Assembly (NCBI GenBank): GCA_038061795.1
Contig: JBBTYL010000001.1
Coordinates: forward strand, 1,801-65,800
Origin: Patescibacteria group bacterium
GTDB taxonomy: Bacteria > Patescibacteriota > Minisyncoccia > Phycocordibacterales > PALSA-1337
Reading direction: 5' to 3'
DNA length: 64,000 nt
In this document: piece after piece, positions 63,682-64,000 of the stretch
Position numbering within the stretch: position 1 is the stretch's first letter
Layout of the letters: each line of letters opens with the position of its first letter
Position numbers and translations under genes: made by a program
Notes under the pieces: model-generated
Told to the model about the DNA's origin: nothing
What the model saw: only the letters and a program-made list of their open reading frames with translations
Databases searched by the model: none

Positions 63682-64000
63682 ATGTCATACGATTTCACTA
63701 AATTCAAAAAATCATTATCAGGCACTGAGGAATGGGTAAAGAAGGAGTTTACAGGCATACGAACAGGCCAGGCTAGCCCATCTTTGCTTGATAGCGTCAA
63801 AGTAGAGTCATACGGGGCTCTTGTGCCTCTTTCACAGGTCGGAAGCGTAATGACCGAAGGTGCCAGATCGCTTCGTATAACCCCTTGGGACCTTTCTCAG
63901 TCAAAAGACGTGGAGAAGGCCATCACTGTAGCCAATCTAGGCGTGTCAGTATCCGTCGATGACAAGGGACTTCGGGTCAATTTTCCTGAATTGACGGCTG
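63682..64000 (+). CDS. frr: Ribosome recycling factor (3' end cut by window edge)
   Basis: Open frame from ATG 63682 to the window end. FTGIRTGQASPSLLDSVKVESYG...LGVSVSVDDKGLRVNFPELT matches RRF. Absent from the ORF track because there is no stop codon. Confidence 0.88.
   Translation, partial: MSYDFTKFKKSLSGTEEWVKKEFTGIRTGQASPSLLDSVKVESYGALVPLSQVGSVMTEGARSLRITPWDLSQSKDVEKAITVANLGVSVSVDDKGLRVNFPELTA

Noticed and set aside
1-64000. A CRISPR array, transposase/IS element, prophage integrase, reverse transcriptase/DGR, or toxin-antitoxin pair.
   Set aside because: I scanned the ORF products and intergenic regions. No regularly spaced direct repeats, DDE/serine/tyrosine recombinase motifs, RT YxDD motif, or recognisable TA families were seen.

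Overview
This 64-kb window comes from a compact, AT-leaning bacterial genome. The gene content includes rpoC, dnaG-rpoD, hisS, typA, priA-def-fmt, murA, mreB, holB, frr, a minimal type IV pilus operon and many small orphan genes. It suggests a reduced-genome, CPR/Patescibacteria-like organism, but that placement is inference only. I call about 85 protein-coding genes and one tRNA-Asn(GUU). I recognised no rRNA, CRISPR array, transposase, integrase or reverse transcriptase.

The accessory or unusual content falls into seven groups:
1. An AT-rich island at 15.8-19.1 kb holds a BglII-family restriction-modification pair whose 3' ends overlap. Next to it is a tightly coupled three-gene operon (unknown protein, YjzC-like protein, DUF3800).
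2. An orphan-gene locus at 49.0-55.0 kb abuts tRNA-Asn. Its intergenic spacers are built from recurring modules: an ~80-nt A module in 3 copies, a ~42-nt B module in 2 copies, and a shared promoter (3 copies) with a 5'-UTR hairpin in two of them that shows covariation. This is my best candidate for an undescribed system.
3. A csoR-copA copper operon has a textbook CsoR operator.
4. Several unusual proteins are present: a PriA with all ATPase motifs degenerate, an HTH-MurA fusion, a membrane bPH-AlbA_2 fusion, a sigma-like protein with a DnaA domain-IV-like C-terminus, and a prepilin fused to an LVIVD beta-propeller.
5. Four promoter-to-terminator units contain no credible ORF and are candidate ncRNAs.
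6. At least a dozen genes have a -10 box 6-8 nt upstream of the ATG and no Shine-Dalgarno sequence, which points to widespread leaderless translation.
7. An 18-codon duplicate of the ygjP-like 5' end flanks an inserted membrane-protein gene.

All family assignments come from motifs read by eye. No database search was run.
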